A DNA stretch of 64,000 nt from an uncultured Chloroflexia bacterium (lineage in GTDB: Bacteria > Chloroflexota > Limnocylindria > Limnocylindrales > CSP1-4). Below, in pieces: positions 1-10,454 of this stretch. The position numbers and the translations under genes were made by a program. The stretch lies in contig CAWEYL010000001.1 in the NCBI GenBank assembly GCA_963813335.1, positions 1,202,281 through 1,266,280 on the forward strand, written 5' to 3'. Within the stretch, counting starts at the first letter, position 1, and each line of letters begins with the position of its first letter. Under the pieces are notes generated by a model. The model saw nothing but the letters and a program-made list of their open reading frames with translations. It was not told the origin of the DNA and did no database searches.

Positions 1-2401
1 GCTCGCCGCCAGCCGCGGCATCCGCATCGAGACGAAGGCGATCGGGCTCGGGAACGTGGACGAAGTCCTCGTCGAGCGGCTCACGACCCCCTCGATCGCC
101 CGCCTCGGCGAGTCGGTCCAGGCGATCGCGGAGATCCGCTCGTCCGTGGCGCAGCCAGCCACGGTCCGGCTCTTCGCCGACGGCGCGCTGGTCTCGACCC
201 AGCCGGTCCAGCTCGACGCCGGCGTCACCCGGGTCACGTTCGACGTCAAGCCCACCGAGGCCGGCTTCCACACGTTCCGGGCGGTCGTCGAGGCGGCCCA
301 CGACACCTTCAGCCAGAACGACCGCGCCGACTCGAACACCATCGTCAAGGGCGAGCCGCGGACGTTGATCCTCAAGGGCAACGACCAGGTGGCGACCCAG
401 CTGGTCGCCGCGCTCAAGGCCCAGCGCCAGCAGGTCGACACGATGATCCCCGAGGCGCTGCCGACGGACCTCGCCGGCCTCGCCGCGTACGACAGCATCG
501 TGCTCGTCGACGTGCCACGGATCCGGCTCAGTGACAAGCAGCTCGCCGCGCTGCAGGTCTACGTCCGCGACCTGGGCAAGGGCCTGGTCATGGTCGGCGG
601 GGAGGACAGCTTCGGCGCCGGCGGCTACCAGAAGACGCCGCTCGAGGAGTCGCTCCCGGTCGACATGGGCGTGCGCGACCGCCAGAAGCAGCCCGACATC
701 GCGCTCGTGGTCGTGATCGACAAATCGGGCTCGATGGCGGCGTGCCACTGCAACACGTTCAACCGCGGGACGGGGAGCAGCATCGCCGGCGTCCAGAAGG
801 TCGACATCGGCAAGGAGGCGATCCTCCGCGCCGCCGCCGCGATGACCGATCGGGACGAGCTCGGCGTCGTCGCATTCAACGAGGCGGCCCACTGGGTCGT
901 CAAGACCCAGCCGCTCGGGTCGGTGGGCGACCTCCAGGGCCAGCTGGCGACGATCAAGGCCGACGGCCAGACCAACATCTACTCGGGCCTCGATGAGGCC
1001 GTGAAGTCGCTCGAGGGGGTCACCGCCACGCGCCGCCACATCATCCTGCTGACCGACGGGTGGTCCACGTCCGGGCAGTACGACGAGATCCTCAAGAAGA
1101 TGAAGGCCGACGGGATCACCCTCTCGACGGTCGGCGCAGGCGGTGGCGCGAACCCGTTCCTCGAGCAGCTCGCGACGCAGGGCGGCGGGCGGTTCTACGC
1201 GGCGCCGGACCCGGCCAGCATCCCCGACATCTTCCTGAAGGAGACGCAGCAGGTCTCGGGCCAGCAGATCATCGAGGAGCCGTTCTTCCCGATCCAGACC
1301 TCGTCCTCGCCGATCCTGCGCGGGCTCGACCAGGGGCTGCCCAGGCTGCTCGGCTACAACGGCACGACGGCCAAGTCCGCGGCCCAGACGGTGCTGGTCA
1401 CGTCGCGCGACGATCCGCTCCTCGCCCAGTGGCAGTACGGCCTCGGGCGGTCCGTGGCGTGGACCTCGGACTCGACCGGCCGCTGGGCCGCGAACTGGCT
1501 GGCCTGGCCAGGCTTCGACAAGTTCTTCTCCCAGCTCGTGAGCTGGACGTTCCCGGGCGACGAGACCGACGGCATCGAGGCGACCTTCCAGACCAAGGAC
1601 GGGCGGACCTCGCTGCACATCCAGAGCGTCCAGGCGGACGGCTCGCCGCGTGACTTCTACCAGACGAGCGCTGTGCTGGTCGGCCCGGACCTGGAGCCGC
1701 ACGACGTGGCGCTCCCGCAGGTCGCGCCGGGCGAGTACGAGGCGACGCTCGGCGAGGTCGATCCGGGGGCGTACGCGATCCGCGTGACGCAGACGAAGCC
1801 CGGGTCGTCGCCGCTGGGCCGGACCGTCGGGCTGGTTGCGCCGACGTCCGCGGAGTACCGACTGCTGGGCACGGACGAGGCGTTCCTCGGCTCGCTGCGG
1901 GCCGCGACCGGCGGGACCGTGGTGACGACGGCCCTCCAGCCATGGACGCACGACCTGCGGACCACGAGCCACTTCACCGACCTGTGGCCGCTGCTGCTGA
2001 TCCTGGCGCTGCTCCTCTGGCCGCTCGATATCGCGCTCCGGCGCGTGTCGGTCGGACGGCGCGAGCTCGCGCTGGCCCGCGGGTGGCTGGGCGGGTTCAG
2101 GCGCCGGCGCCGGGCGACCGCCCCGCGGACAGCGACCGGGGAGAGCCTGCTCGCCGCGCGGGAACGGGCGACCGGGGCGCCGTCGCGAGCGTCGCTGCGG
2201 AGTCCCGGCCCCGCGACGACCGAGCCGGCGAGCGAGGGCACGAGCGCGCCGGCGAGGGCCGCCGTCCCTACCGCCACGGATCCGAAATCGACGCCTCCGC
2301 CGGCTGCGCCGCCACCGCCGTCCTCGCCGGCCGGGCCGCCCGCCGATCCGTCCGACACGCTCACCAGGCTCCGCGACAGCAAGCGCGCCCGCGGCCGCTG
2401 A
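1..2401 (+). CDS. VWA domain / glutamine amidotransferase-like membrane protein, 5' truncated by window edge
   Basis: Frame is open from position 2; MIDAS DKSGSM and LLTDG motifs; YDSIVLVDV..GLVMVGG..SFGAGGY GATase-like segment; C-terminal TM helix LWPLLLILALLLWPLDIALRR. Confidence 0.85.
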   Translation, partial: LAASRGIRIETKAIGLGNVDEVLVERLTTPSIARLGESVQAIAEIRSSVAQPATVRLFADGALVSTQPVQLDAGVTRVTFDVKPTEAGFHTFRAVVEAAHDTFSQNDRADSNTIVKGEPRTLILKGNDQVATQLVAALKAQRQQVDTMIPEALPTDLAGLAAYDSIVLVDVPRIRLSDKQLAALQVYVRDLGKGLVMVGGEDSFGAGGYQKTPLEESLPVDMGVRDRQKQPDIALVVVIDKSGSMAACHCNTFNRGTGSSIAGVQKVDIGKEAILRAAAAMTDRDELGVVAFNEAAHWVVKTQPLGSVGDLQGQLATIKADGQTNIYSGLDEAVKSLEGVTATRRHIILLTDGWSTSGQYDEILKKMKADGITLSTVGAGGGANPFLEQLATQGGGRFYAAPDPASIPDIFLKETQQVSGQQIIEEPFFPIQTSSSPILRGLDQGLPRLLGYNGTTAKSAAQTVLVTSRDDPLLAQWQYGLGRSVAWTSDSTGRWAANWLAWPGFDKFFSQLVSWTFPGDETDGIEATFQTKDGRTSLHIQSVQADGSPRDFYQTSAVLVGPDLEPHDVALPQVAPGEYEATLGEVDPGAYAIRVTQTKPGSSPLGRTVGLVAPTSAEYRLLGTDEAFLGSLRAATGGTVVTTALQPWTHDLRTTSHFTDLWPLLLILALLLWPLDIALRRVSVGRRELALARGWLGGFRRRRRATAPRTATGESLLAARERATGAPSRASLRSPGPATTEPASEGTSAPARAAVPTATDPKSTPPPAAPPPPSSPAGPPADPSDTLTRLRDSKRARGR

Positions 2402-2457
2402 GGTTTTCCGGACGGCCGTCCCGACCGGCTTCGCCGAGCGGTGATACCTTCCCCGCG

Positions 2458-2943
2458 ATGTCCCCCCTTCGCCTGGCCGTGGCCGCCCTGCTGATGAGCG
2501 CGCTCGTTGCCGGGTGCGGCGTCGTCAGCACCACGCCACCGGTCCCCAGCCCGGCCGACTTCACGGACATCGCCAACGGCCTCTCGCGCCTCGGCATCCG
2601 CATCGACCACGTCGTCTCCGGCGACGCCGGCTGCGACGACCCTGACCTGGTCCCGACCGCCATCGGCCTCGATGCATCCGGCCTCGACCAGGCCAGTGTG
2701 GTCCGGCTCCACCTCTTCATCTTCCGGAACCGGGCGTCGTTCGAGAAGCTGCGCGAGACGGTGGATGCCTGCGCACGCAGCTTCGTCACCGACGCCGACA
2801 CCTTCGAATCGATCGACGAGTCACCGTACGTGCTCGCCTCGCAGGGGCCGTGGGGCCAGCAGTTCGAGGCGGCGCTCCGGTCGGGGCTGAAGGCCTCTGC
2901 CGGCGACGGGGGCAACGGCAGCGGAGGCTACGGGGGGTACTAG
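2458..2943 (+). CDS. putative lipoprotein, hypothetical
   Basis: MSPLRLAVAALLMSALVAGC signal peptide with lipobox; ATG at 2458 preceded by TACCTT. Confidence 0.7.
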   Translation: MSPLRLAVAALLMSALVAGCGVVSTTPPVPSPADFTDIANGLSRLGIRIDHVVSGDAGCDDPDLVPTAIGLDASGLDQASVVRLHLFIFRNRASFEKLRETVDACARSFVTDADTFESIDESPYVLASQGPWGQQFEAALRSGLKASAGDGGNGSGGYGGY

Positions 2944-3085
2944 CCCGGAGATCACGAGGGTGGTCTGGATCGGAGCGGTGACGTCTGGTGCGGTCCGCTG
3001 AGGTGCGCGCCGCGCCGTCCTTCTCACTCCCGGTGGGACGACCGGGCCACGGTCAGGACCGGGTCCCGGACGGGATGGTTCGGGC

Positions 3086-3820
3086 ATGTCCCTCCCCGAC
3101 CGCCCGTGGTGGCGCTTGCTCACCTCGACGCTGCTCGCCGTGGTCCTCGGGATCGCGGTCGTGGCCGGCACCGTCGCCCAGGATTCGGGGGTCGTCGCGC
3201 CCCCGGCTCCGGCCGTCCCGGCCGCCACGCCGGTCCCATCCGGCGAGGTCGAAGGCATCACGGACCCGCCGTCCGACATCGCCCCGGCTCTCGATGCGTC
3301 TGACCAGAACGACCTCGCGGCGCACGTCGGACCGGTGCTCGCGGCCGCACCCGCTGTCGCCCCGGCGGTCGCCGCCCGCCCGAAGCCGTCCAAGCCGCCG
3401 ACGACCGCCCCCGCAGCGAGGACCTACAAGGGCCGCAACCACGTCTGGATGCCGGCACTCGGCATCGACAACGCGGTGTCCTGGTACGCCTGCTCGAACT
3501 CGTCCTATCCGGGCAACCGGGTCTACCGCTGGGGCTGTGCGGGCGACAACAACGTCTACCTCTTCGGGCACGCCTCGAGCGTCTTCCAGCCGCTCCATGA
3601 CGCCTACGTCGACGGTCGCCTGAAGAAGGGCATGCCGCTCTGGTACGCCGGCGCGGACGGCGTGGTCCACCGGTACGCAGTCTCGTGGTGGAAGGTCACG
3701 ACCCCGACGAAGGGCGTCTGGGCCTACGCCGCGCAGTCGAGCGCGAGTCTCACGTTGCAGACCTGCCTGGGCTCGCAGAGCCAGTACCGGTTGATCGTCC
3801 GGCTGGCGCAGGTCGACTGA
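3086..3820 (+). CDS. sortase family protein
   Basis: N-terminal TM helix, Pro/Ala linker, catalytic H (LFGHAS), C (LTLQTC) and R (YRLIV). Confidence 0.85.
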   Translation: MSLPDRPWWRLLTSTLLAVVLGIAVVAGTVAQDSGVVAPPAPAVPAATPVPSGEVEGITDPPSDIAPALDASDQNDLAAHVGPVLAAAPAVAPAVAARPKPSKPPTTAPAARTYKGRNHVWMPALGIDNAVSWYACSNSSYPGNRVYRWGCAGDNNVYLFGHASSVFQPLHDAYVDGRLKKGMPLWYAGADGVVHRYAVSWWKVTTPTKGVWAYAAQSSASLTLQTCLGSQSQYRLIVRLAQVD

Positions 3821-3847
3821 GCGGGGCGCCGCGGGCCGCGAGGTGCC

Positions 3848-5014
3848 CTAGACGACCCGCAGCCCGAGGATGCGGCGGGCGATCACGAGGCGCTGGACCT
3901 GGCTGGTCCCCTCCCCGATCTCGGTGAGCTTCGCGTCGCGCATGAACCGCTCGACGGGGTAGTCCGTGACGTAGCCGTAGCCGCCGTGGACCTGGATGGC
4001 GTTGTTCGTCGCCCGCGAGCTGACCTCGGAGGCGAACAGCTTGGCCTCGGCGGCGACCAGGCCGAAGTCGCGGCCCTGGTCCTTGAGCCAGGCGGCCCGC
4101 CAGACGAGCGCGCGGGCTGCGTCGATCTCGGTCGCCATGTCGGCGATCATGAACGCGACCCCCTGGAACGAGCCGATCGGCCGGCCGAACTGCTCGCGCG
4201 TCTGCGCATACGGGATCGCGGCGTCCAGCGCGGCCTGCGCCAGCCCGACCGCCAGCGCCCCGATGCTGATCCGCCCGCCGTCGAGGATGGCGAGGAACGT
4301 CTTGAAGCCGCTCCCGCGCTCGCCGAGCATGTTCGCGGCGGGGACGCGGGCGCCCTCGAAATGCAGCTCGCCGGTCGCCGAGGCGTGGAGGCCGAGCTTG
4401 TCCTCGAGCCGGCCGACGGTGAACCCGGGGGTGTCGGCGGGCACGATGAACGCGCTGATCTCCGGGTTGCGGTCGGGGCGGGTACCGGTCCGGGCGGTGA
4501 CGATGTAGGTCCCGGCCTGGCCGGCGTTGGTGATGAAGCGCTTGCCGCCATCGATGACCCACGAGCCGCCGTGGCGGCCGTCGACGTGGCGCGCCGTGGT
4601 CCGTGTGCCGCCGGAGTCGCTGCCGGCGCCGGGCTCCGTGAGCCCGTACGCGCCGATGACCTTGCCCTGGGCCATGGGAACCAGGAACTCGTCGCGCTGG
4701 GCCTTCGTGCCGGCCAGGTGGAGCGGACCGCAGCCAAGGCTCGTGTGGGCCGCCACGATGAGCCCGAGCGAGCCCCAGACCCGGCCGATCTCCTCGATCG
4801 CGATGGCATAGGCCAGCGTGTCGAAGCCGGCGCCGCCCTCGTCCTCGGGGATCGGGATGCCGAGCCAGCCGAGCTCGCCGAGGCGCCGGACGATCTCGAC
4901 CGGGAAGCGCCGCTCGCGCTCGTGGGCGTCGATGACCGGCGCGACCTCGGTGAGCATGAAGTCGCGGATGGTGTCGCGCAGCAGCGCGTGTTCCGGAGAG
5001 AGGTCGAGGTCCAT
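3848..5014 (-). CDS. acyl-CoA dehydrogenase
   Basis: GLTEPGAGSD, KRFITN, REQFGRPI, HGGYGY and EIGEGTSQVQR motifs. Confidence 0.95.
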   Translation of the reverse strand: MDLDLSPEHALLRDTIRDFMLTEVAPVIDAHERERRFPVEIVRRLGELGWLGIPIPEDEGGAGFDTLAYAIAIEEIGRVWGSLGLIVAAHTSLGCGPLHLAGTKAQRDEFLVPMAQGKVIGAYGLTEPGAGSDSGGTRTTARHVDGRHGGSWVIDGGKRFITNAGQAGTYIVTARTGTRPDRNPEISAFIVPADTPGFTVGRLEDKLGLHASATGELHFEGARVPAANMLGERGSGFKTFLAILDGGRISIGALAVGLAQAALDAAIPYAQTREQFGRPIGSFQGVAFMIADMATEIDAARALVWRAAWLKDQGRDFGLVAAEAKLFASEVSSRATNNAIQVHGGYGYVTDYPVERFMRDAKLTEIGEGTSQVQRLVIARRILGLRVV

Positions 5015-5073
5015 GCACGGCCGAGCGTAGCACCGGGACAGCGCCCGACGGGCGCCGGTGCTAGCCTTCCCGG

Positions 5074-5796
5074 ATGCCCGATCCGAACGCGTCGGTGCCT
5101 GCCACCAGCGTGCACATGCCGACCGCCGGCGCCGGCTCCGCCGGCGGCCCGTCCAGCCTCCGTCGCGACCTGCTCCTGCGCCTCCGCCTCGACGGCCCCT
5201 CGTCGCCCGACCAGCTCGCGGCCCGGCTCGGGGCGTCGCGGACCGGGGTCCTGCAGCAGCTCCGGGCGCTCGAGGCGGCGCAGCTCGTCAGCCGCCAGAC
5301 CGTGCGCCATGGCGTGGGCCGGCCGCGGCACCTGTACGACGTGACCGCCGACGCACAGGACCTGTTCCCGGCCACCTACGACGCGCTGGCGGCGGGGCTC
5401 CTGGCGGCGATCGGCGCCGTCGGCGGGGACGAGCTGCTCGAGGAGGTCTTCGCCGCGCGGCGACGCCAGCTCGGGGACCGCGTGCGCGACCAGCTTTCCG
5501 AGCGGGTCGCGCCCGGTGCGTCGCTGGCCGTGCGGGTCCGGGAGCTCGCGGACATCCAGGCCGCGCAGGGCTACCTCGCCGAAACAGTGGTGGATGGCGA
5601 TGGCTCGATCCGCCTGCGCGAGCACAACTGCGCGATCTATCACGTGGCCAGGTCGACGCCGGCGGCCTGCCAGGCCGAGCTGGACCTGTTCCGCGAGATC
5701 CTCGGCGCGGGCGTGACCCGCGAGACCCACATCGCCTCGGGCGACCGCTGCTGCTCGTATCGCATCGAGGAGAAGGCGCCGGACCTCGCCGACTAA
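5074..5796 (+). CDS. ArsR/SufR-like HTH transcriptional regulator with Cys-containing sensor domain
   Basis: HTH, GVGRPRHLY wing, HNC...AC..E...CCSY. Confidence 0.85.
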   Translation: MPDPNASVPATSVHMPTAGAGSAGGPSSLRRDLLLRLRLDGPSSPDQLAARLGASRTGVLQQLRALEAAQLVSRQTVRHGVGRPRHLYDVTADAQDLFPATYDALAAGLLAAIGAVGGDELLEEVFAARRRQLGDRVRDQLSERVAPGASLAVRVRELADIQAAQGYLAETVVDGDGSIRLREHNCAIYHVARSTPAACQAELDLFREILGAGVTRETHIASGDRCCSYRIEEKAPDLAD

Positions 5797-5940
5797 GCCC
5801 CCCTCGCCCTCTGTGATGGCGCGGCGGTAGCCAGTCGGCCCGTGCTGGTCCGGCCGCGATGCGGCTCATTCATCGATACCGGGCACGACACCCGATAGGA
5901 CTGCCATTCGACGCCTGAACGGCGCCGTTTGCCGGTTCAC

Positions 5941-6085
5941 TCGTGCGTGGCCGAGCGTGGCCTTGGGCTCCAGGTGGTCCGCCCGGGTTGGCCTATCCCG
6001 GGGTTTGAGCACGGGATATGCATGAGCGGCATATCGCCGGCCGCAACGAGAGGCGAAGGCCACGTTCACCGCTACGCCTCCGCGA
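5941..6085 (+). ncRNA. candidate structured non-coding RNA, family unassigned
   Basis: Long closing helix (gcgtggc/gctacgc; gagcgtggcctt/aaggccacgttc) with inner hairpins; mismatches read as G-U pairs only on the + strand. Confidence 0.45.
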
Positions 6086-6109
6086 GGGCGGCGCATCCGC
6101 GAGGACCGA

Positions 6110-7162
6110 CTACGCCTCTTCGCGTTCCACGACGGCGCGGCGCGCCGGCTCGAGCACGGGCGGCGGCACGTCGGTCACGTTGGGCACGAACGACGCGGCC
6201 AGCGACGTCTCCGCCGCCTGCACCTGGTCCGCGACCGACAGGATCCCCAACCGCCCGAGTTGCGCCATCTCGTCGCGGATGTAGGTCTTGAGCATCTCGG
6301 GGCCGTCGGTGTTGATCGTGAAGCGGACCTCGTTGCGCCGCAGCGTGTCGAAGATCCAGCGGAACTCCTCCCAGCCGCTGACGACCTTGGTGTTGAGGTT
6401 CGAGGTCGGGCAGATCTCGAGCACGATGCCGCGCTCGCGGATCATCGCCATCGCGCGCGGGTCGTAGGCCGACTTCACGCCGTGGCCGATGCGGTCCGGC
6501 TCGAGCAGCTCGACGACCCGGGCGATCTCCTCGATCGGACCGGATTCGCCGGTATGCACCGTCAGCCCGAGGCCGAACTGGCGGGCCCGGCGGAAGATCC
6601 GCCGGTAGTCGGCGACGCGGAAGGTCGTCGCCTCGGGGCCGGCGATATCGATGCCGACCACGCCGCGATCCCGCCACGCGATCGCCTTCTCCGCGATGAT
6701 CTCGTTGAGCTCGTATGGGAACGCGCGGTCGAGGCAGAAGATCAGCCCGGGCTTGACCGGGTATTCGAGGGTCGCCTTGTCCATGCCGCGGACCGCGGCC
6801 GCGATGATGTGGTCGAGGTCCTGCTCGCCGCCGCGGTTCCGCTTCATCGGGTTGAAGCGGAGCTCCATCGTCGTGACATTGTTCTTGCGGTACGCCCCGC
6901 CGACGACCTCGTAGACGGCCCGTTCGACGGCGAGCGGGGAGCTCTGGATCAGCTCGGTCCAGTGGAAGAGCTGCAGGTAGCCATCGAAGCTCTGGGTGCG
7001 CTTCGAGACCGTGATCATGTCCCGGAACTCCCAGTAGTCCTTGGTCGGCAGCTTGATGCCCTGGGAGTGGGCGATGCCCCACATGATCGCCGGGGTCACG
7101 GCGCCGCCGAGATGGCAGTGCAGCTCCGCGAGAGCGATCTTGCGGGAGAGCGGTCGGGCCAT
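6110..7162 (-). CDS. add: adenosine deaminase family amidohydrolase
   Basis: ELHCHLGG, HTGE, RIGHG, EICPTSN, INTDGP. Confidence 0.85.
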   Translation of the reverse strand: MARPLSRKIALAELHCHLGGAVTPAIMWGIAHSQGIKLPTKDYWEFRDMITVSKRTQSFDGYLQLFHWTELIQSSPLAVERAVYEVVGGAYRKNNVTTMELRFNPMKRNRGGEQDLDHIIAAAVRGMDKATLEYPVKPGLIFCLDRAFPYELNEIIAEKAIAWRDRGVVGIDIAGPEATTFRVADYRRIFRRARQFGLGLTVHTGESGPIEEIARVVELLEPDRIGHGVKSAYDPRAMAMIRERGIVLEICPTSNLNTKVVSGWEEFRWIFDTLRRNEVRFTINTDGPEMLKTYIRDEMAQLGRLGILSVADQVQAAETSLAASFVPNVTDVPPPVLEPARRAVVEREEA

Positions 7163-7177
7163 ACCGGGAGGATACCG

Positions 7178-8371
7178 TCAGCCCGACGCGGGCGCCGAGT
7201 GGGTCGAAGGTCCGGGCCGCAGCTCGACGTGCCAGGTCTCGTCGTGGCGCCCGTCTGCGTCGTTCCAGGCGACGGTCATCGCGTAGACGCCGGGCTGCCA
7301 CGCGCCGCGGTCCGGCGCCTCGAACCCGACCCACGGCGTGCCGCCGTGGTTGAAGGACACGCCGCCGGACTGGCGTGCCCCGGCGAGCCGGTCGTCGGGA
7401 GCGAGCCGGTCGATCGACGCGCTCAGGATCTGCGCATGCGAGGTGAGCATCACGCCGAGCCCGGTCGCCCGTGGCAGGTAGGCGCGCGGGACATAGCCAG
7501 GCCCGCCGGCCAGGCCCTCCACGCTGGCCCCCCAGGCCCTCGCCTCATCGAAGCCGTCGATCGGGAGCGCGCGCAGCCCGACGCCCCGCCCGTCGACGGT
7601 GGCGAACGGGCCGGCCAGCACCGCGGACGGGTCGCTCGAGGTCAGCGGGACGAGGCCGGTCTCCGTCGGGTACGGCGAGTCGTTCGATGGCGGCGTGTGC
7701 TCGGTCGGTCCGGGGATGGCGACCTCGACGCGCCGGATCGTGCCGTCGACCAGGGCGTCGACGCGATAGGTCCCGGCCGGGAATGCGCTCGATCGGCCCG
7801 GGATCGCGAGGACCAGCGGCCCGCCGGCGACCGTGCCGTCGATCGGATCGGCGTCGACCCAATCGAGGACGCCGTTCGGCCGCACCCGCCAGATCCGGAC
7901 GTCCTCGGCGACGGCGCCTCGCTCCGTGGTGACGCCCAGGCCGGCGATCGACTCGCCATGCGTGTCGAGGATCGTCGAGCCGCCCGGCGTGGGCACGCGC
8001 GTGCCCTCCGAGTAGACCGGGTGGGCCGAGCCGGTCGAAGCGGACCGGTCGACGGTGACGAGGTCGATGGCGAAGGACGGGTTCGCGACGGCCGCGCGGC
8101 CGACATCCGCCCAGGACAGACGAAGCGGCGGCGAGGTCGTCGCCTCGGGCACGGAAGGGGCGGCGGACGCGGACTCGACCGCCGTCGCCGCGACGGAGGT
8201 GCCGGCCGAGGCACTGGCCGCGACCACGGCCTTCGGCCCGTCGGGGTCGCGTTCCCATGGCTTCAGGATGGCCAGGGCCAGGCCGAGGAGGATGACGCCG
8301 CCGACGATGACGACCGGGTCCGTCCGGCGGCGCGGCCGCCCGAGCGGGACCGGATCGAACTCGACGCTCAC
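7178..8371 (-). CDS. membrane-anchored hypothetical protein
   Basis: N-terminal TM helix (VVIVGGVILLGLALAILKPW), low-complexity linker, beta-rich body; good codon bias. Confidence 0.7.
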   Translation of the reverse strand: MSVEFDPVPLGRPRRRTDPVVIVGGVILLGLALAILKPWERDPDGPKAVVAASASAGTSVAATAVESASAAPSVPEATTSPPLRLSWADVGRAAVANPSFAIDLVTVDRSASTGSAHPVYSEGTRVPTPGGSTILDTHGESIAGLGVTTERGAVAEDVRIWRVRPNGVLDWVDADPIDGTVAGGPLVLAIPGRSSAFPAGTYRVDALVDGTIRRVEVAIPGPTEHTPPSNDSPYPTETGLVPLTSSDPSAVLAGPFATVDGRGVGLRALPIDGFDEARAWGASVEGLAGGPGYVPRAYLPRATGLGVMLTSHAQILSASIDRLAPDDRLAGARQSGGVSFNHGGTPWVGFEAPDRGAWQPGVYAMTVAWNDADGRHDETWHVELRPGPSTHSAPASG

Positions 8372-8383
8372 GCGTGCCGCCGT

Positions 8384-9448
8384 CTACCCCGCGAGCGGGA
8401 CGATCCGGCCCTCGGCGTCGATGGTGGCCTGGCGGCGCAGGCGCTTCAGCTCGGCGCCGGGCACCTGGTCGCGCGCGTGGTAGCTCGAGCGCACGAGCGG
8501 CGCCGACTCGACATGCTTGAACCCGAGCGCCAGCGCCTCGACCTTCATCTCGGCGAATTCGTCGGGGTGGTAGTAGCGCTCGAGCGGCAGGTGCTGGAGC
8601 GACGGCCGCAGGTACTGGCCGATGGTCAGGATGTCGACGTCGTTCGCGCGTAGCGCCTCGAACGCCTCGGTCAGCTCGGGTCGCGTCTCGCCGAGGCCGA
8701 CCATCAGGCTCGACTTGGTGTGGACCGTGTGGCCGATCTCGCCCGCCATCTCCTTGGCCCGCCGCAGGACGTACAGCGAGCGGTCCCAGCGGGCGCGCTT
8801 GCGGACCGGCTTCTGGAGCCGCTTCACGGTCTCGAGGTTGTGGTTGAGGATGTCGGGCCGGGCGTCCATCACGGTCTGCAGGCGGTCGTCCGCGCCGTCG
8901 AAGTCGGGGATCAGGACCTCGATGCCCATCCCGGGCGACTGCTCGCGCATCGCGAGGATGGTCTCGGCGAAGATCCGCGAGCCACCGTCAGGGAGGTCGT
9001 CGCGGGCGACGCTGGTGACGACGACATGCTCGAGGCGCATCGCCCCGACCGCCTCGGCCACCCGTCGCGGCTCGTCGTCGTCGAACCAGGTGGGACGACC
9101 GGTCTTGACGGCGCAGAACCCGCAGGCCCTGGTGCAGGTGTCGCCCAGGATCATGATCGTGGCGGTGCGCTGATCCCAGCACTCCCCGATGTTGGGGCAG
9201 TGAGCCTCCTCGCAGACCGTGTTGAGCGCGAGGCCGCGCAGCAGGCCCTTGAGGTCGTGGTAGTTCTCGCCGGACGGCATCCGGGCGCGGATCCAGTCGG
9301 GATGGCGACGCGGGGCGACCGATCCGTCCGCCGCGGTGGCGGCCGCCAGCCCTCCGCCCAGGGCGATGGGGAGGTCCGGCCGGCCGTGCGCGCCGCCGTG
9401 GCCGGCGCCGTCGCCGGGCGGGGTGAAGATCGGGAGGTCACGACCCAT
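8384..9448 (-). CDS. lipA: lipoyl synthase
   Basis: [20 protein letters not shown] radical SAM motif, RSSYHA. Confidence 0.97.
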   Translation of the reverse strand: MGRDLPIFTPPGDGAGHGGAHGRPDLPIALGGGLAAATAADGSVAPRRHPDWIRARMPSGENYHDLKGLLRGLALNTVCEEAHCPNIGECWDQRTATIMILGDTCTRACGFCAVKTGRPTWFDDDEPRRVAEAVGAMRLEHVVVTSVARDDLPDGGSRIFAETILAMREQSPGMGIEVLIPDFDGADDRLQTVMDARPDILNHNLETVKRLQKPVRKRARWDRSLYVLRRAKEMAGEIGHTVHTKSSLMVGLGETRPELTEAFEALRANDVDILTIGQYLRPSLQHLPLERYYHPDEFAEMKVEALALGFKHVESAPLVRSSYHARDQVPGAELKRLRRQATIDAEGRIVPLAG

Positions 9449-9467
9449 GGCCGGAGTGTACGACCGA

Positions 9468-10454
9468 TCAGCCCGAGCGGCCGGCGGTCTCGGCCAGCGC
9501 CGCGGGGAGGCCGACGGCGAGCGATCGCGGGTCGAAGCCCAGCTCGGCGGCGGCGCGGGCCGCCGATGCCCAGTACGTCACGCCGACGGACGCGCTGACG
9601 ATCTCGCGCAGGTTCGGCGACAGTCCGAACCACGCCCCGCGGTCCGGGAAGAGGAAGGCGCCGATCCGCAGCGGAAGGTCCGGGATCTCCAGGCGCGGCA
9701 GGCGGTGCCCGCCGGCCTTGGCCGCGATCCGCAGCGCGTCGCGGATGCGCACGGTGTCCCCACCCAGGACGTAGCTGCGACCCGTGACGCCCCGGTCGAG
9801 CGCGGCGAGGATCCCGCGAGCGAGGTCCGCGACGTGGACGAACCCGATCCCCACCCCGCCCAGCCCGACGAACGGGAGCGTCCCGGCATACGCCTGCGCG
9901 AGCTGGTCGCCGACGGGCGTGTGGTCGCCGGGCCCGTAGACCTGCGACGGCATGACGATGAGGGCCGGCGCGCCGTCCGCGATGCGGCGCTCCACCTCGA
10001 CGTGCGCGCGCCACTTGGTCTCGTCGTACCAGCTCAGGAAGCCGTCGGCCGGGTCGCGCCGGTACGTCTCGTCCACGACCGATCCGCGGGTGTTGCCGAA
10101 GACGTTGACCGTCGAGACATAGACGATCCGAGGGATCCGGCTCGCCAGAGCCGCGTCGAGCGTCCGGACCGCGGTCCCCACGTTCGCATCCTCCATCGCG
10201 GGGCGCTCGGACGCCGCGATCCCGACCCGGTACGAGCCGGCGCCATGGATCAGCGCGTCCGCGCCGGCCAGGGCGGCCGCGATCGCGGCAGGATCCGTCA
10301 GGTCGTTCGCGACGAGCGTCAGGCCGGGCGCTGCCGCCAGCCTCGGGCTCGCCGGGTCCCGCACGAGCGCGAGCACCTCGTCCCCGCGGGCGAGGAGCCG
10401 GCGGACGACCGCGCCACCGACGAACCCCCCGCCGCCCGTGACCGCGACGCGCAT
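9468..10454 (-). CDS. NAD-dependent epimerase/dehydratase family protein
   Basis: [13 protein letters not shown] Rossmann motif, YDETK (YxxxK); ATG overlaps the E2 stop codon. Confidence 0.9.
   Translation of the reverse strand: MRVAVTGGGGFVGGAVVRRLLARGDEVLALVRDPASPRLAAAPGLTLVANDLTDPAAIAAALAGADALIHGAGSYRVGIAASERPAMEDANVGTAVRTLDAALASRIPRIVYVSTVNVFGNTRGSVVDETYRRDPADGFLSWYDETKWRAHVEVERRIADGAPALIVMPSQVYGPGDHTPVGDQLAQAYAGTLPFVGLGGVGIGFVHVADLARGILAALDRGVTGRSYVLGGDTVRIRDALRIAAKAGGHRLPRLEIPDLPLRIGAFLFPDRGAWFGLSPNLREIVSASVGVTYWASAARAAAELGFDPRSLAVGLPAALAETAGRSG

Noticed and set aside
2944-3085. Riboswitch (e.g. c-di-AMP) upstream of the sortase
   Set aside because: No recognisable consensus motifs; only short GC-rich stems expected by chance.
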